Positions 1 to 13,265 of a DNA stretch of 64,000 nucleotides are shown here, piece after piece. Position numbers and translations under genes: made by a program. This stretch comes from Ramazzottius varieornatus (lineage: Eukaryota > Animalia > Tardigrada). Within the stretch, counting starts at the first letter, position 1; every line of letters starts with the position of its first letter. Location of the stretch: assembly GCA_001949185.1 (NCBI GenBank), contig BDGG01000001.1:8688721-8752720 (forward strand), in the 5' to 3' direction. The notes under the pieces are model-generated. The model saw nothing but the letters and a program-made list of their open reading frames with translations, was not told where the DNA came from and searched no databases.

Positions 1-3000
1 AGGATGACAAACGTCCCTAAATTTTCTTGACCGCCGGCCAACAAAGCTTTAGCAAATCTGACAGTATATTCCGCATCGTCCATTCTGCAAAACCAGATCG
101 ATTAACCTAACTGGTCGTTTGAATTTCAAGCTCCATAGTTCGTACCCTTCTTTTCCTTCCTTGTGGGTATGGTCCAGTCCATGCAGGTCGAAGAAATGGT
201 ACGATCACATTGTGAGATGTAAGCTTGCTTTTACAAACTGAAAATCCACAAGCTGACTCGTAAGCTTACGTGTTGTCAGACAGGATGTTTGAGTAGAAAG
301 CGGTATTGGCGTAGCGGAAGATCTCTTGGTCAGTGTGGTGCTGCACTTTCAGCGCCAGAGAAACATTGTCCGTCAGCAGACCATAGCGCTTGAAGTAGCG
401 GTGCAACAAGGAAGAGCTCAGAGGACCGGCGGACAGCTCTTGGCCATCACTGTCTAACGGTAGGGACATGTGGTCGCCTATCAGTACCACTTTTGGCGCA
501 CTGGTGTCCGCGGAGGGGAATCTGGTCAGAGCTAGCAGGAGATCCAGCTCAGTGTACCTTCCCGCCTACAAAATACGAAACATTGTGATATAAAGAAGCT
601 CGGTGAACAAACTCGATGGACTTACTGTCCCAAGTTGCGCACGCTTCCGGTGTAACTGGCTAGAGGTGTGCGTCACATGAAAAACCGTTCCTGTCGAGCT
701 TGATTACTTCATCAAGTCGCGCAAGTTCTACGTGTTACTGGCTGTAGGTGTGCGCCACTTTAGAAACAGTTTGGGGGAGTTTATTTGTCGCGCTACATTA
801 TCGTCGCACTTTTCTCCCTTTTGTTCCCAATCTTCTTTGAAGTTAGGTGTCAGGTGAGTGGGATTCTAGTATGACTGCTACTTACGTCGTAGACGAAGAT
901 GCCATCGAGTGGAGGCAGCATACCGTAGTTGATGTGGGCTTGCTGATTATCCTCCAAGAAAAAACTCAGCGGTGCCAACAGGACATTCTTGGCATGTATG
1001 TTGTCCTTCACATACACGTCAAGATCCTTGGCCAGTTTCTCTTTCGAGGTGAGAGCCCTGCTGACGGCTGACGGCAACAGGTCGCTTCTCGTCTTCATAA
1101 AGCGTTCCAGCTCGGCTGTCAGCACTTCCGCACTGGACTTGACCGGCACATCAGCGGCGGTCCTGTTCAAGAAAAATTTCTCGTAAGAATAAAGGAAAGA
1201 CACAAGACTAGCATAGATCGAAATATCAATGGATGCTTACAGTCCGGTTGCCAGTTGCTTGCGGACTTTCTCGATCTGTTCGTCCAACACCTTGGATTCA
1301 TCCAGGAAGGTCGGGTGTTTGTGCAGTATCTCCAGCGTGCTCTTGATGTAGCTGGACGTGGGACTTGCATTCTCCGGTAGAAGAATCATCGAGTTGGTGA
1401 TGAGCGTTTCCCGCTGCAACCAAAGCTTGTGACTTATTCGAACGCCGGCCAACAGAACGTTCAAGTTGATTACTCCAAGTGGCGCATGCCTCCAGTGTTA
1501 TCGGGTGGAAGCGTACGCCATTTGGAAGAATGATCTCGAACGTTCCGTTTGCCAACTCCTCAACTAATAATCGCATAAAATGAAGAAAAAACAATAACTC
1601 CGTTTTAGAATCGAAAATACGCAAACGAACTGGACAAGATTGTCTTCCCAAGTAACGCACGACTCTAGTGTTATTGGCTGGAAGCGTGCGCCACTTGAGG
1701 GAAAACAATCTTGTCCTGTTTGCCCGAATTCGGGGAATTTTTCGTTGTGGAATGAGACACTTACTTTGAGTTCGAATGGGAAGGGCGAAACACTCGGCGA
1801 AAGTGTATACTCGAAGAAAGACTGAGCGAGCTCTGTCCAGGCGTTGGTCAGTGGGTAAGGTCGGCTGGAGAGCGGCTTGAGACCAAAGACCATCAGAAGC
1901 CCGAAGATCCGATTGTCGACATTCTTCAACGACAGCAAAGGAAGGACGGCGGCGTTGCGCGTTGGTCGTCGCGGATTGTCTTTGATACGAGCACTGGCTA
2001 GCTTGGCAAAGTGTTTGTCGGCGACGTAGACTATCAGCTTACGCTCCCGTGCTACAAAAAGGATGACGCTTTAATAAGACCAGGGAAAAGCGCACAACAT
2101 CAAGCACCTACACACACCATATCACGGATTTACCGCGCTGATCGGTTATGCGGGTGCATGAAAGAATACGCATACTTTGACCGGGTTTTTCATTGACCTG
2201 CATACATCCGTACACACATATAACACGGCACAGACGTATGTATGTGGATGAAAGACTTGTACACTTGTCCGTGTTAGCTCCAATCATACCATCGATTTGC
2301 TTGGAATTTTGCACCAGCCCGAAGGTGTACAGTCTCTGAGATTCGCCCGATCTGGAATCGCCTTCACCCCTGGACCTCTGCGGAGTGAAGATCATCAACA
2401 GAAAATCGAACGGATGGATATCCTTGCGAGTACCAAAAACCCATAGTGAACGACACGTACACTGAAAAAGCATCACAAAAAGATGCCATAAAACCCACCT
2501 CCAAGGTGCACCCGTCCGGGGAAACCCTTGGTTTCGTGCGAAAAGTCTTTATGCTGGACATTCAGAGGAATACTCTCCAACGGTATACGACATTGTCGGA
2601 CTGCTTCCTTTGCCTGCAGAACAAAACAAGTATATACTTTATTGAGCAAACGTGGAAGTCTGATGAAGGGAATCGATTAACCTTCTTCTCTAGATCAGCG
2701 ACGATGTTTTGGTGCATGATCTTGATGTATTCTTTACTATTAAACGCCAAGGGAAGCTCAACCTCGGGGCGTGTGGGTGCTTGCCGCAACGGAGTAGCGG
2801 CTAAGCGGAAGGTCTCCTGGACGTCCATCTTGAGCAGAGCATCAAAGTACTGCACTACCTGTGTCCAGTAACTATCGCTGCTCAAATGCGCGCCTGGCAG
2901 TGACGCTCCCCTGCTTTTCCCAACGCTACTGCTTCCGCTAAGCGTCGGTGACAGCGACACATTGCGCTGCACCTGCAACAACCCAGACGATTATTTCGAC

Positions 3001-5139
3001 TGACACAGAACATCCCAGTCACTAGGAACCCGACAAGCAAACTCTACACAATCGCTTTCCCAAGTGGCGCACGCTTCCAGCCCGTAACACTAACAACGTG
3101 CGTCACTCGGGAAAATAGTCGTGTCGATTTTGTTTGCTCAGCTCCGAAATGGCAGAAACGTGCTTGCTCTGGATTTCTCAGTTTAAATAACGTCTATTAT
3201 ACGATAGTATTTTCGTCATGAAATTTTCTTCTGCTATGATTCAGCTCATTTCTAAACTAACCACATTATCAACACGGCTCTTTGGTGACTCTTTGATTAC
3301 CAGTTTTTCTTCTGAAGTTTTCGGTTGTCTTCGCGGGTCTCGTGCAGGTGAAGAGCCAATTTGGGCTGGTGAGTAAGGCGGGTAATGAGCAGAGTGTTGA
3401 CCAGCTTCCCCAACTGAAGGCAACACCTCATCGGCCGAGACGGAGGACGTACCACCAAGAGCGAAATTAGGCACCAATAGAAGGTCTTGGGATGGGATCA
3501 GTCCACTTCCAAGTCCTTCCGCGGCCCTCATCTGCGCGTCCACACGAAGCCAGCTTGTGGGTATGTGATGCTGCATCAATCTTTGTGGCAACCCAGGAGA
3601 CGAAGGTACAGTCACACGTTTGGTTAGGTCGTCAACGGTGTTGATGACCGGAAGTGACTGGCGAAGAGTCTCTGGCGGACTGTTATGCAGCGAATGCTTC
3701 TGCTTTGGAAGTGGCTCGTCAGCTTTCCGTTTTGGCTTTCCGCCAAAACTCGGGGAGTGAAGGCAGGTGATTGGACCACTGCCTGTTTAGCCTTTGCTGA
3801 TTTCTCCTTCGCAGCTAAAAAGTAAAAACATTCTCCGTAATTCTTACCCGGAACTGGGAAACTCGACAAACAAGATTGGCAGTGTCATTTTTTCCAAGTG
3901 GCGCACGCTTCCAGCAAATGTTATTCAAAACGTGCGCCACTTGGGGAAGGCAAACAAAGTCAGTAAGATCGTCTTATCTCCAGGTGGCGCACGCTGTCAG
4001 TCAGTAACATTGACGACGTGCGCCACTTTGGAAAATGATCCTCTTGGGGTTGCAAGTTATTGAATTTCACAAGAAAATGTCATACTCGAGTTTCGTTCTT
4101 GTCGTGGCTGGTTTTCCTTAGTCTTGAGTGGGTCAGGTTTTTTTCGAGGCTTGACTGCTGCTGGGAGGACCGGGGAGGCAGCCAAGTCATTTAGCCAATC
4201 GTTACCGCGGAATGGCGCGGTGTACGTCCGGACTTCCGGTACTTGCTCATTTACCACAGGAGCCGCTGCTTTCTCTGCTGGCTTGACAGTGACGTTACTG
4301 CTCATCGTAAAGACTCCAGCTGGCTGGTTGTCTCTGCTAACCCATCGCTCTTCCCAGTAGTCTTCGAAGCAGAAGGGTTTCTCGTTCAAGACTTTAGGCT
4401 CTGCCTTTGGCGGGACCACGTCTGGAAGAGCCACTGGCAGCGACGCTTGCTCGACGGCAGGAACAGCAGGTGCAGCCGCTGGAGGAGGTTCTCGAACAGC
4501 TTGTTGCTGTTGTTGCGGCGGAGGAGCAGGTACCGAAGGAATAGTCGGCATGATTTGCAACAGAACTTCGAGGGTTGCGTCGATGGAAACTGCCGAACGC
4601 TGGTCAGTCACTGCAACTTCTTCCTTCTCGGTTATCTCCTCCACAGGCTTCGGGACCTCCCTTTGAGCGTCGAGTCCGAGACCCCAGACTACTGGACAGA
4701 AGCAAGAACAGGTTTAAAGTGTTGAAGTGGAATTCATGTACAGTGTGAAAAATTCCACCACACTATGCTAGTCTGCGCATGATGTCACGATAGTGCAAGA
4801 CGCGCACGGCAAGCTCCGATGAGCCCCATATGGTAACCGTGACGTCATGATCATGTCGGGCCAGTTAGACGCGGTTGCCTTAACAGCCATCTTACCTTCT
4901 GCGACAGACAACTGGGAGTCAGCAGATACCGAGCTTTCGGCACTGGACAGTTGTTTCAGTCTGGCAGCTTCAGCTGTGGCTGCGAAAACTTTGGTGAAGT
5001 TGTAGATAATGGTCTTTTTATAAATCACAGTTTTCTTGACACGCTTGACAGGCTCGGAGTTGACGGTGCTCTTGGTGGCGTCTGCCGATTCGGGTATGTA
5101 ACTCGTCAAAGATTCACCACCATTCCGCAATGAACTCAT
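1..5139 (-). CDS. Multi-exon Upf1/senataxin-like SF1 helicase-related protein, catalytically degenerate; runs off the window at its 3' end, 5' end uncertain
   Basis: Spliced exons 886-~1160 and ~271-566 give ...GIFVYD|AGRYTELDLLLAL...VVLIGDHMSLPL...LSSSLLHRY...LKVQHHTDQEIFRYANTAFYSNIL, matching the AAA_11/AAA_12 pattern IIDEAGQ-TE...LVGDHxQLPP...SLFERL...QYRMHxxIxxFxNxxFY. Low-complexity exons at 3241-5139 are assigned to the same gene by strand and position only. Confidence 0.6.
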
Positions 5140-5982
5140 ACCTGTAGACAGAAAGCATATTCATCTTGATGCGACTTTGGCTAACCACAACGGCGAATTG
5201 GCGATCTGTTCCACTCGAGCTCTTGCGCATAACACTGAATAATTCAATCGGTACTCGAAAATTCGGCTGGTCCAACAGGACCAACAACTAGGCGACTATG
5301 ACTTACTGATAGATCACTGCTGCATGAAAGAATGCCGCTTCTCCGTGCGACTTGCATGAGCCGAGACCTGAGGACAACGAAGTCGACATGAATTAAATGT
5401 TCATACACGAACCTGCAGAGCAGAGTCAAACATTAATAACATCAGCATCTTACCGGAAGTTAACTGGTCAGCACCACTTGACCAGTCGACCTGAACAATC
5501 CTTGAAGCTCCCGCGTTCCGACTGCCCGTCTTCCTTTGACGCAGGTTCTGGAGGAATTAAGAGGAACACTATCAGGTGAAAGAGAAGAAAAGCACATAAT
5601 TCTGCATGGAATTCTAATTACGGCACCAGTTTTGGCAAGTGGCGCAGTTGGTTCGGGTCGGATTTGTTCATAGCCCGGCTGGTTTCACCATTGAGCGGCT
5701 CATTAAGTAATCGATTGATTGGCTACCTTTGTGGACGTTTGGACCCGAGCCGTTCGAGGTTAGCCGTTGACGGAGTCGACTTGTGTTTCCAGGGGCTCAA
5801 GTTCAGTTTGTCGAAAACAATTTCACAAATCTCAAAAATACTGTATTATTTCCCGAATAAGCACCCTCGCATCCCGTTCCCACTTCGACTTACTGCACAT
5901 CCTCTTTCGGACGGCTGTCGATCGGCAGGAGGAATACTGAGATCTCTACCAAAGCAGCAGGTGAGAACAAGTCTGCCTGACC

Positions 5983-6986
5983 ATGCGCTTGGGAGTCAGC
6001 CTGTACAAGATGTCCACCTTGCCATCTTCATTACTTCGCTGCTCTTCTCGGCTACAGACATCCACGGTAAGTCTTCCTGCTGCGTTTAAGCTCGCTGTGA
6101 TGTAGATCCCAATGCGGCAGGAATTCCCTGCTTGCTTGTTAATCGGGAGTTGGGCTAATGAAACGTGCAAGGTTGCCATTTTCAGTGGCGCATTTATCAA
6201 GCCAATAACAAAGAAGATGCGCGCCACATGACGGAACGATCTTCCATGTTTTGCTTGGGTAGTTCCAGTGTCTCTTTCATTTTGTCTAGGAGCTCCCGCT
6301 GTATCCTCCCGCATCTCTCCTGTGGCAGTCATTGCGATTAAAATCAGAAGACGCCAAGACGGGCAAAAACGCCAGACCTCTAAACCTCAAAGACAGTAAG
6401 CGAGAACCTCATCAGTATGACATTATCGGTGGGGCTAGAACCGGAAGTCATTTCACGAAACAATTCCCCGCTCAGTATCAATCCCTCGTTCTTTCAGTCA
6501 CTTGTCATGTTTGTTTACGATTATTAGGACAAGAACCTCCGCGAACGGCCGGATTGAATCCGAATGATCAGAACGGTATGTGATTGTGTAGTCATGCATC
6601 TTTCGTGTAAAATAATTTGACTGAAGAAGCCAAGACTGACTTCTGACGGATCTGCGAAAAGCGTGGGGAGACTGCCCTAGCTGAAACTGTTGCTCATTCC
6701 AGACCAAGGTCCACAGACCAGCGATAAGAGGTTTGACAAAGACAGCAGCAAAGGGAACGTTGGAAGTTTGAAGCAAGTCCCAAACTCTGCAACGTCGACG
6801 AAGAACTATAACGATGGAGGTCGCCCGTCAGGAGCTTCTCGTGGAATCCAAGCTTCGGATTACAAGGTCCAAGAATACCACAATCATGACAAATACACGT
6901 TTTATGATATTGAGAACCAGATGACCAAAGATCGCTTGCAGCAACCTGACGCTGATGCTCCAATGGTTCCCGACACCAAAAGATGA
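5983..6986 (+). CDS. NDUFV3: NADH dehydrogenase flavoprotein 3 (complex I accessory subunit), 4 exons
   Basis: Exons 5983-6066, 6329-6395, ~6529-6576 and 6703-6986 join in frame at GT-AG sites. The N-terminus resembles a mitochondrial presequence (MRLGVSLYKMSTLPSSLLRCSSR). The C-terminal YKVQEYHNHDKYTFYDIENQMTKDRLQQP matches the NDUFV3 motif. Confidence 0.8.
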
Positions 6987-7117
6987 CCAGATTTAATTAA
7001 AAACACTATTATAATGTGATGTTTTCCTTTCGGGATTGTTTGCAGTCTTATCAGCAGAGAGTAATATTTCTGGCGAGCAAATCGAGAACACTGTGGATTT
7101 GGGTACGTTGTAAAAGC

Positions 7118-7190
7118 TGGACAGGACGCTGGACACGGACACTGGACAATATTCCTTTGGACAGTTGTACTGGACAATTGGATTGGACAA
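7118..7190 (+). repeat. Cluster of TGGACA/GGACA motifs in intergenic DNA
   Basis: About 8 copies of (T)GGACA within ~75 bp. Confidence 0.6.
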
Positions 7191-7520
7191 ACTGATGTGA
7201 AACCGCGTAAAAACGCGACGGAAGGACGAAAACGTTTTCTGTGTTCTCCCAATGGAGCAAAAGCGACACAGCAAACGACCGAAATTCCGAAAGCGCAATC
7301 CATAATTTGAAAAATTTTGACATTAAAGTTTTCGTACACGTACTCGTAGTGATTAAATGAAATCATAACAGAATAAATTGTCTGATGCAGGGGAGCCTAG
7401 GAATTGCAACTTATCAGACAATGCCGTCTCCGTGGTTGTGTCGTGGCGTAACAGGTTTTTGTTGTAACTTACAGCCTGAGGTCTCGATGAAATATACGGT
7501 CAGAGTTCATTTACCGTAAA

Positions 7521-8978
7521 ATGAACTCTGATACGGTAGATGGTCTTCCAATTCACACTAAACCGCGAAGTATTTCTTTCTGTTCGAATATGGCCGCATC
7601 GTTCTCCGGCACACTTCGGCTTTTACGGTATGTTGCTGGAATTATTGCTGGAGTTTCTCCGGCAGGTTTCAGTGGCAAGTCCGCTGCATTCACGGCCATG
7701 GGGTGGCTTTGTAGAAGGGCAAAGCGCGGGCTATGGCGCTGCATAGTTGCACTGCCTCCGCTGTGGATCTTCCTGTGCGCTGTCCACCTGCTGCCAGACG
7801 ACCTCATGTTTGAATCAAAAAGCCTACCGCGACAGCCATTGATCCTGTACTGGACGAAATTCTACGACAACGATTTCAACCGCCGTCAGCACTTATACCA
7901 GGAAGCGGTTCGCGGTTTAAGGAACTGCCCGCTGAATAATTGTGTCATAACCGGTAACCGTTCCTTGCTTAACCAAAGCTCGGCTGTGATATTTCATGTA
8001 CGGGATATGCGGTGGGACATACTTCCCGCGTACCGTGATCCGCAACAGTATTACGTCTTTCATCTTTTGGAATCTCCTCCTCACACGGTGACGTCGCTGG
8101 CCTCGTTGGCGCCCGGCTTTTTCAACTTGACTTTCACATACCGCCTGGACTCGGATATTGTTGCCAATTCGTACTTCCAGCACTACAAACCACCCATGTG
8201 GACAGACTGGTCATCCTTCGAAGAAACATGGAGAGTCAAAACAAAGTTGGCGGTGGCCTTTGTGTCAAACTGCATTACGCCCAGTAGGAGGAACCTTGTC
8301 CTGGAGGAGCTGAGGGAATACATAGCAATAGATGTCTATGGAAAATGCGGACCTCTCAAATGTAATCCAACTTCTACTAAAAAAAAGGCGGCCTGCAACG
8401 GACTGGTGTCGACGTACAAATTCTTTCTTGCCTTTGAAAATAGGTGAGCCTTAAACGATGTAGCTATCATCATATCATCATCACCGTGTCCAAAGATACT
8501 TAGGTAGATTCTCCCTGTTTGCAGTGTATGTCGGGATTACGTGACGGAAAAAATTCACCGGGCCTACGCGCAGAACACTGTTCCAGTAGTACTTGGCGGA
8601 GCAAACTACACAGCATTATTTCCACCCAATTCCTTCATCAACATCCGGGATTTCCCAAGCGCCAAAGCGCTGGCCGAACATTTATTGTTTTTATCAACCA
8701 ATTCCGCGGCTTACCAGACGTACTTCGAATGGAAACTAAATCCAGTCTACGCCACACTGCCATCAGCTCTCCATGAAAGGCAGATATCCTGGTGTAAACT
8801 TTGCCAAATAATCAACGAACCCGAGAGAAAGCGAATGATCAAGTGGAACCTGGAAGAGTGGTGGCATACAATGGGGCAATGCATCCAGCCGCTTGTCAGT
8901 GTTCTGCCCGAGGGCAAACTCAGATGGGTATGGCTCCCCCAAACTAGTCCTCCAGCTCCACAGGTTCTCCACCTTTAG
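7521..8978 (+). CDS. Alpha-(1,3)-fucosyltransferase (GT10), 2 exons (intron 8444-8524); start Met uncertain (7521 or a downstream Met)
   Basis: Motifs AVIFH, LESPPHT, FNLTFTYRLDSDI, FVSNC and IDVYGKCG. Splicing gives YKFFLAFENSVCRDYVTEKI...VPVVLG, the GT10 signature. Confidence 0.92.
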
Positions 8979-9600
8979 CACCCTGGCTGCTCTTTGCAGC
9001 TGCGCTCGTATCTGCGCTTCCAATTGTTTCTCTTTTTTGGCATAATTCTGCTTCGAAGTGTGCCTGAACTACTTGTCATAAAGAAGACGACGAAAGGACG
9101 TAAGGGCCATTGATCTTCGAGGGAAAGAAACAAGGTGCTCAAGTTTTGTGGTAGGATGTTTCGAGCACGTGCGTATGGTCGGGTTTTGCTCGCAGGTAGT
9201 ACGTTTTCATTTTTCATTTTTCCCTTGCCTTATACAGTAAATGAGGAAAAATGCGACTTTGCGACGTTTCCAAGAAAATTCAAACTGTGGTCAGCTTACC
9301 GTAACTTCCGCGTCGTTCCTAAAATGCACGAGAAAGGTAGGTTTTCAGGTAGGTTTTCAACCCTTCACTAATCATAATTTTGCTTCATGCGAGACGGTAC
9401 TTTTTCGCTGAGATTTATTCGAAGAGAGCTGGGCAATCGGCTGACCGACAAATCGAACCTTCTCGAACTGCGCACATTCTCGAAGCTGTACTGATTGTGT
9501 CTCCAAACCTAAAGGTCCATAAAGTGTTGGACTTTATCAAGGTAGGATGGTCGAAAGGGCATGGCTTACAGACAAGATCGAGATGCTTCGACGCCGATAA

Positions 9601-9842
9601 CTAAGTAGCACAGCCGCCGGTATGCGGGCCAATTTTCATGTTGGTGGCGCCCCCGCCGGGCATCTGCTCCTTCTCGAGGGCAGCGCCCATGGCTCTGTAT
9701 GGTCCCCGGTCGGCAGCCCACTGGCTACCATGTACGAGTCTTGAATCGTCTCCACCTTGTAAATGTCCAAGTGCTCGATGGTATCGTCGAAGACTGTATG
9801 GAGACCGCTGAGGAAGTGGACAATTTCCATAGGGGTACTTAT
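9601..9842 (-). pseudogene. Guanylate cyclase catalytic-domain relic
   Basis: [42 protein letters not shown] (consensus YKVETIGDAYMVVSGLP), then a frameshift to [12 protein letters not shown] (consensus RIGIHTGPC). The rest of the domain is missing. Confidence 0.75.
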
Positions 9843-10624
9843 ATGGAAGGGCAAACTGGGAGAAATCGATCACATAAGCAAAATCACATAACCCCCAAGT
9901 GGCGCATGTTTCCAGTGTTATTGGCAGGAAGCGTGCGTTGCTTTGAGAAATGATCTGGCCGATTACTGTGTTAGCCGGGCTCCCAATTTTACGCTTTACT
10001 TCTGAAGGTGGTTGTCTTGTTTCGCTGTTCGTCCAGTGAAATTTATGAAGGCGCGTCAGCTCCTCGGGGGTTCCTGTGTATTGTTTTTGGGTTTCTTCCG
10101 TAAGTTGCGCGCCTATGCGAACGAAGTGAGAGATGGAGGCACTGGAAGCACTGCGCAACCAAGTACGCTGTTGCCTGTGGATCCAGTGGCAAGATATGTG
10201 TGAGCGCATGAGTGGCGACGTACCGGAAGTGCTCGCACGGTTAGCTTTCACGCAGTGACGATCGATCGAGTTAAAAGTGGATCCGCGGATTCCGCCGTGC
10301 TAAAAACGGCTTGTGGTGTATCATAGAACGGTAGGCAAACTTGTACGACGGAGCAAACACGCACTGGGTCTCGTGCTCTGCAACCGATGTGTAAAGAAAA
10401 CATATGCTCCTTACGGGTGAAGAGATATGTCAAGTTCGATTGTGTTGAGACCGTCAGTCTGTTTTCTCCGCTGGAACAATCGCTTTGTTTGAGGTGGCCT
10501 GTGCCGGGTGGTAACTTGAGAATGCGTAAGGAGTATCTGGAACCAGGAAACGATTTCTGTGTACGGGACTCGAAGTATGGTTTGCTGAGGCCAGCTGTTC
10601 CACTGTCCCTCCAGCAAGGATACA

Positions 10625-11209
10625 ATGAGTCGTTATGAGAAAGCTAAATCTCTGGCCAGACGTTGGTTTCTCAATCGCAAGTTCATCACCAATTGCTGCA
10701 TCTCCTCCAGTATGCTAGTGGCAGGTGACGTCGTCCAGCAAAGCTATGAAATCTTTGTGCGTCGTCAATCAGTGTACCACCAACATCGAACCTTCAAAAT
10801 GGGCTATGCTGGTCTGGCTACGGGCGCCTATTCTCATCACCTCTACGACTACCTCGATAAACGATACCCTGGCAAGGACCTCAAAACCCTGACCAAGAAA
10901 GTCTTCTTGGACAACTTATCCGCTCCCCTCAACTTTGCCATCTTTTTCGGCGTGCTGGCTATCGTTGAGCGCAAGCGTCTTTATGAGTTCTACAACGAGT
11001 TATGGACAAAAGGCGTGGATTTGTATGTAGCCAGCTCGGTTGTGTATGCACCTGTCCAGTACGCCAACTTTTACTTCCTGGCTCCACAGTACCGAGTATT
11101 ATTCGTCAGCGCCGTCAATCTGGTCTTCGATACCTATGCTACCTTCATCGCTCATAATGATCGACATGATGCCTTCGAAACGGAACTACCAAATAATTGT
11201 CATTTGTGA
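10625..11209 (+). CDS. Mpv17/PMP22 family protein (Mpv17-like 2), single exon
   Basis: 194 aa with TN...GDVVQQ, KKVFLD, VYAPVQYANFYFLAPQYRVLFVS. Confidence 0.9.
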   Translation: MSRYEKAKSLARRWFLNRKFITNCCISSSMLVAGDVVQQSYEIFVRRQSVYHQHRTFKMGYAGLATGAYSHHLYDYLDKRYPGKDLKTLTKKVFLDNLSAPLNFAIFFGVLAIVERKRLYEFYNELWTKGVDLYVASSVVYAPVQYANFYFLAPQYRVLFVSAVNLVFDTYATFIAHNDRHDAFETELPNNCHL

Positions 11210-11525
11210 AACGCTGTGATATGATTGTATAGTAGAGTCTCTATACCCAGATAGAGCGACGCAGAATGCCCGATCCTACATACCATGCAGTGCGTCGGTC
11301 ATCTGGATGGTTTGTCTTGTTTTATTTCCTGGTTTCCCTCCTTTGGTGCTCCAGAATCTCCAGCGTAGCTTGTGATAGTAACAAACTGTGTCCAGGGTTG
11401 TCTGTATATTTTCAAAATTATCGTTTGTTACGTTGAATGAAAGTTTCCCTTGTATAAAATATTGAAATGGTGTGTTTTGAGTGTCTCTCGCAGACATCTC
11501 TGATCTACAAGTTTTGGTATCCAGC

Positions 11526-13265
11526 TTATCCAGGAAAACGGAAAGAAATATGAGTGGGAAGTCTGTCTTCCGTATATTCATTAATCCTAATCAATGTTTG
11601 AGGGTTGTGAAAGTCTTCCGGTAGAACTTCCCAGACAGGAGCGTTTCCCGTTTCGTGCTTCGCTTCGGCAGGATTCTCCGCCGCCTTGCAGTAGTCCTGC
11701 TTTGCTGTGGCTATCTTCTTCACCAACGTATTCCGCAACCTAACTTTCTCATGGAAATCCACCGCCAGTCTTGGTCGAACCAGGAGCTCGGCTTTCTCTT
11801 CCACCTTCTCCTTCCGCTGGCGAGCTCGGTCGCGACGTAGTTTGGCCTTAGTCAAGACAGACTTTACCTTTGTTTCTTCCTCGTCTGTTTCTTCCAACTT
11901 GTCCTGGAAGTCAGCTCCCAGGTCCGCCAGCCGTTCCAGCTTCTCGTTCATGTGCGTCACTTCGTTGACCGCGCTGGTTTCTCGTTCGGTGAAGCCGCGG
12001 AATTGCGCGCTTTGGTTGGCCAGTTTGGACTCGGCTTCTTTGAGCTCGGCCTTCAGTTCTTCGTATTGAGTTAAAGCTTCCTCTTCGTACACCTCTGTGC
12101 CTTGCTCGATCCTCTACAGAAGGGACAGCCCAGAAAAACCGTTATTTTCAAGCTCGAAGTTTTGGAACTTGAAAATTGTATATTGGAATCTCGGCAAACA
12201 AACTGGGCAAGAGCATCTTTCCCAAGTGGCGCACGTTTGCAGCCAATAACACTGTAAACTTGCACCACTGGGGAAAGCGAACAAATTCGAGAAGATCGAT
12301 TTCCCACGTGGCGCACGTAATCACCGTCGATGGCTGACAGTGCGCGCCACGTCGACAAACAACCTTGGCGAGTTCCCGATCATCTTTTCTAGCTTTTTCT
12401 ATTATTTTTCTGAAAATTTACCATCTTATTTTTATATGGCAATAACTAAAACAGCGCTTGTTTCATCTATCATTACGTGTTTCTTGAGCGCTTCCTCCAG
12501 GCGGTACTTTTGGTATGCCGACCCAACGTCGTCCAGGTTACTTTCGCGCCATTCTAGAGTCTTATCAGCGATCTTCTGCAGTTGAAGCTGAACAACCTAT
12601 GAACGCGCAAAACTCATGCGTCAAATTTTGTAAGATCTAAATATGATATGGCATTGCATCTACTGACTTCCGGGTTCAGAGGATGGCCAGTCCGCGACTG
12701 GACATTCAGCGCAGCTTGCAGATGCATATCTTCCAGCTCTTTCCATTCTTTCTCCGCTTGCTTTTCCAGCGCTCGCCGCTCATCCCGCAGCTCATCGTAC
12801 TGTGCGATAGCTCGCTGCTTTATTTCATGATGAAGCGACTTCAGCTCCAGGAACTGTTCTGTTAATACCATAAGGTAAAGTGAAAGCGTTAGGCCGGGCA
12901 AAACCAAAAGCCAACTTCGGTCAGAGCTTACTCAGGTGGAAGTCGTAGTCATCGAAATCTTGAGCCGTCTGTACAACGGGATTTGACTTCCGGGATATTC
13001 GCTCGGACGGAGTTTCCTAAGTTAATGAGCAGTTCACATAAGTGTGTAAAAGTCGTGGATTTCCGCGTCTAGCTTCACTTACTCGTTCAAGGAAGTGGGT
13101 GATGAGGTGCGCTTGAATTTCCAGGTTCTCCGCCTGGGCCGCTTTCCAAGCTGCCAGATGTGCCTGCCAAAATCGAGGGACAGTGTAGCATGGTTCAACC
13201 AGATATGGAAGTTCTAATACCTTGTACGAAGATAAAGATCCTGCCTCCGCTGCGGAGACGTCCAT
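11526..13265 (-). CDS. Coiled-coil protein, CCDC96/CFAP184-like (DUF4201), multi-exon; may extend 5' to ~13530
   Basis: Coiled-coil exons with SRTGHPL, YEELKAE...VNEVTHMNEKL and LTKAKLRRDRAR...LLVRPRLAVDF, resembling CCDC96. Confidence 0.65.
12184..12377. mobile_element. Family-A element with two cores in a CCDC96-like intron
   Basis: ggaatctcggcaaacaaac ... two cores about 82 bp apart ... ggcgagttccc. Confidence 0.55.
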
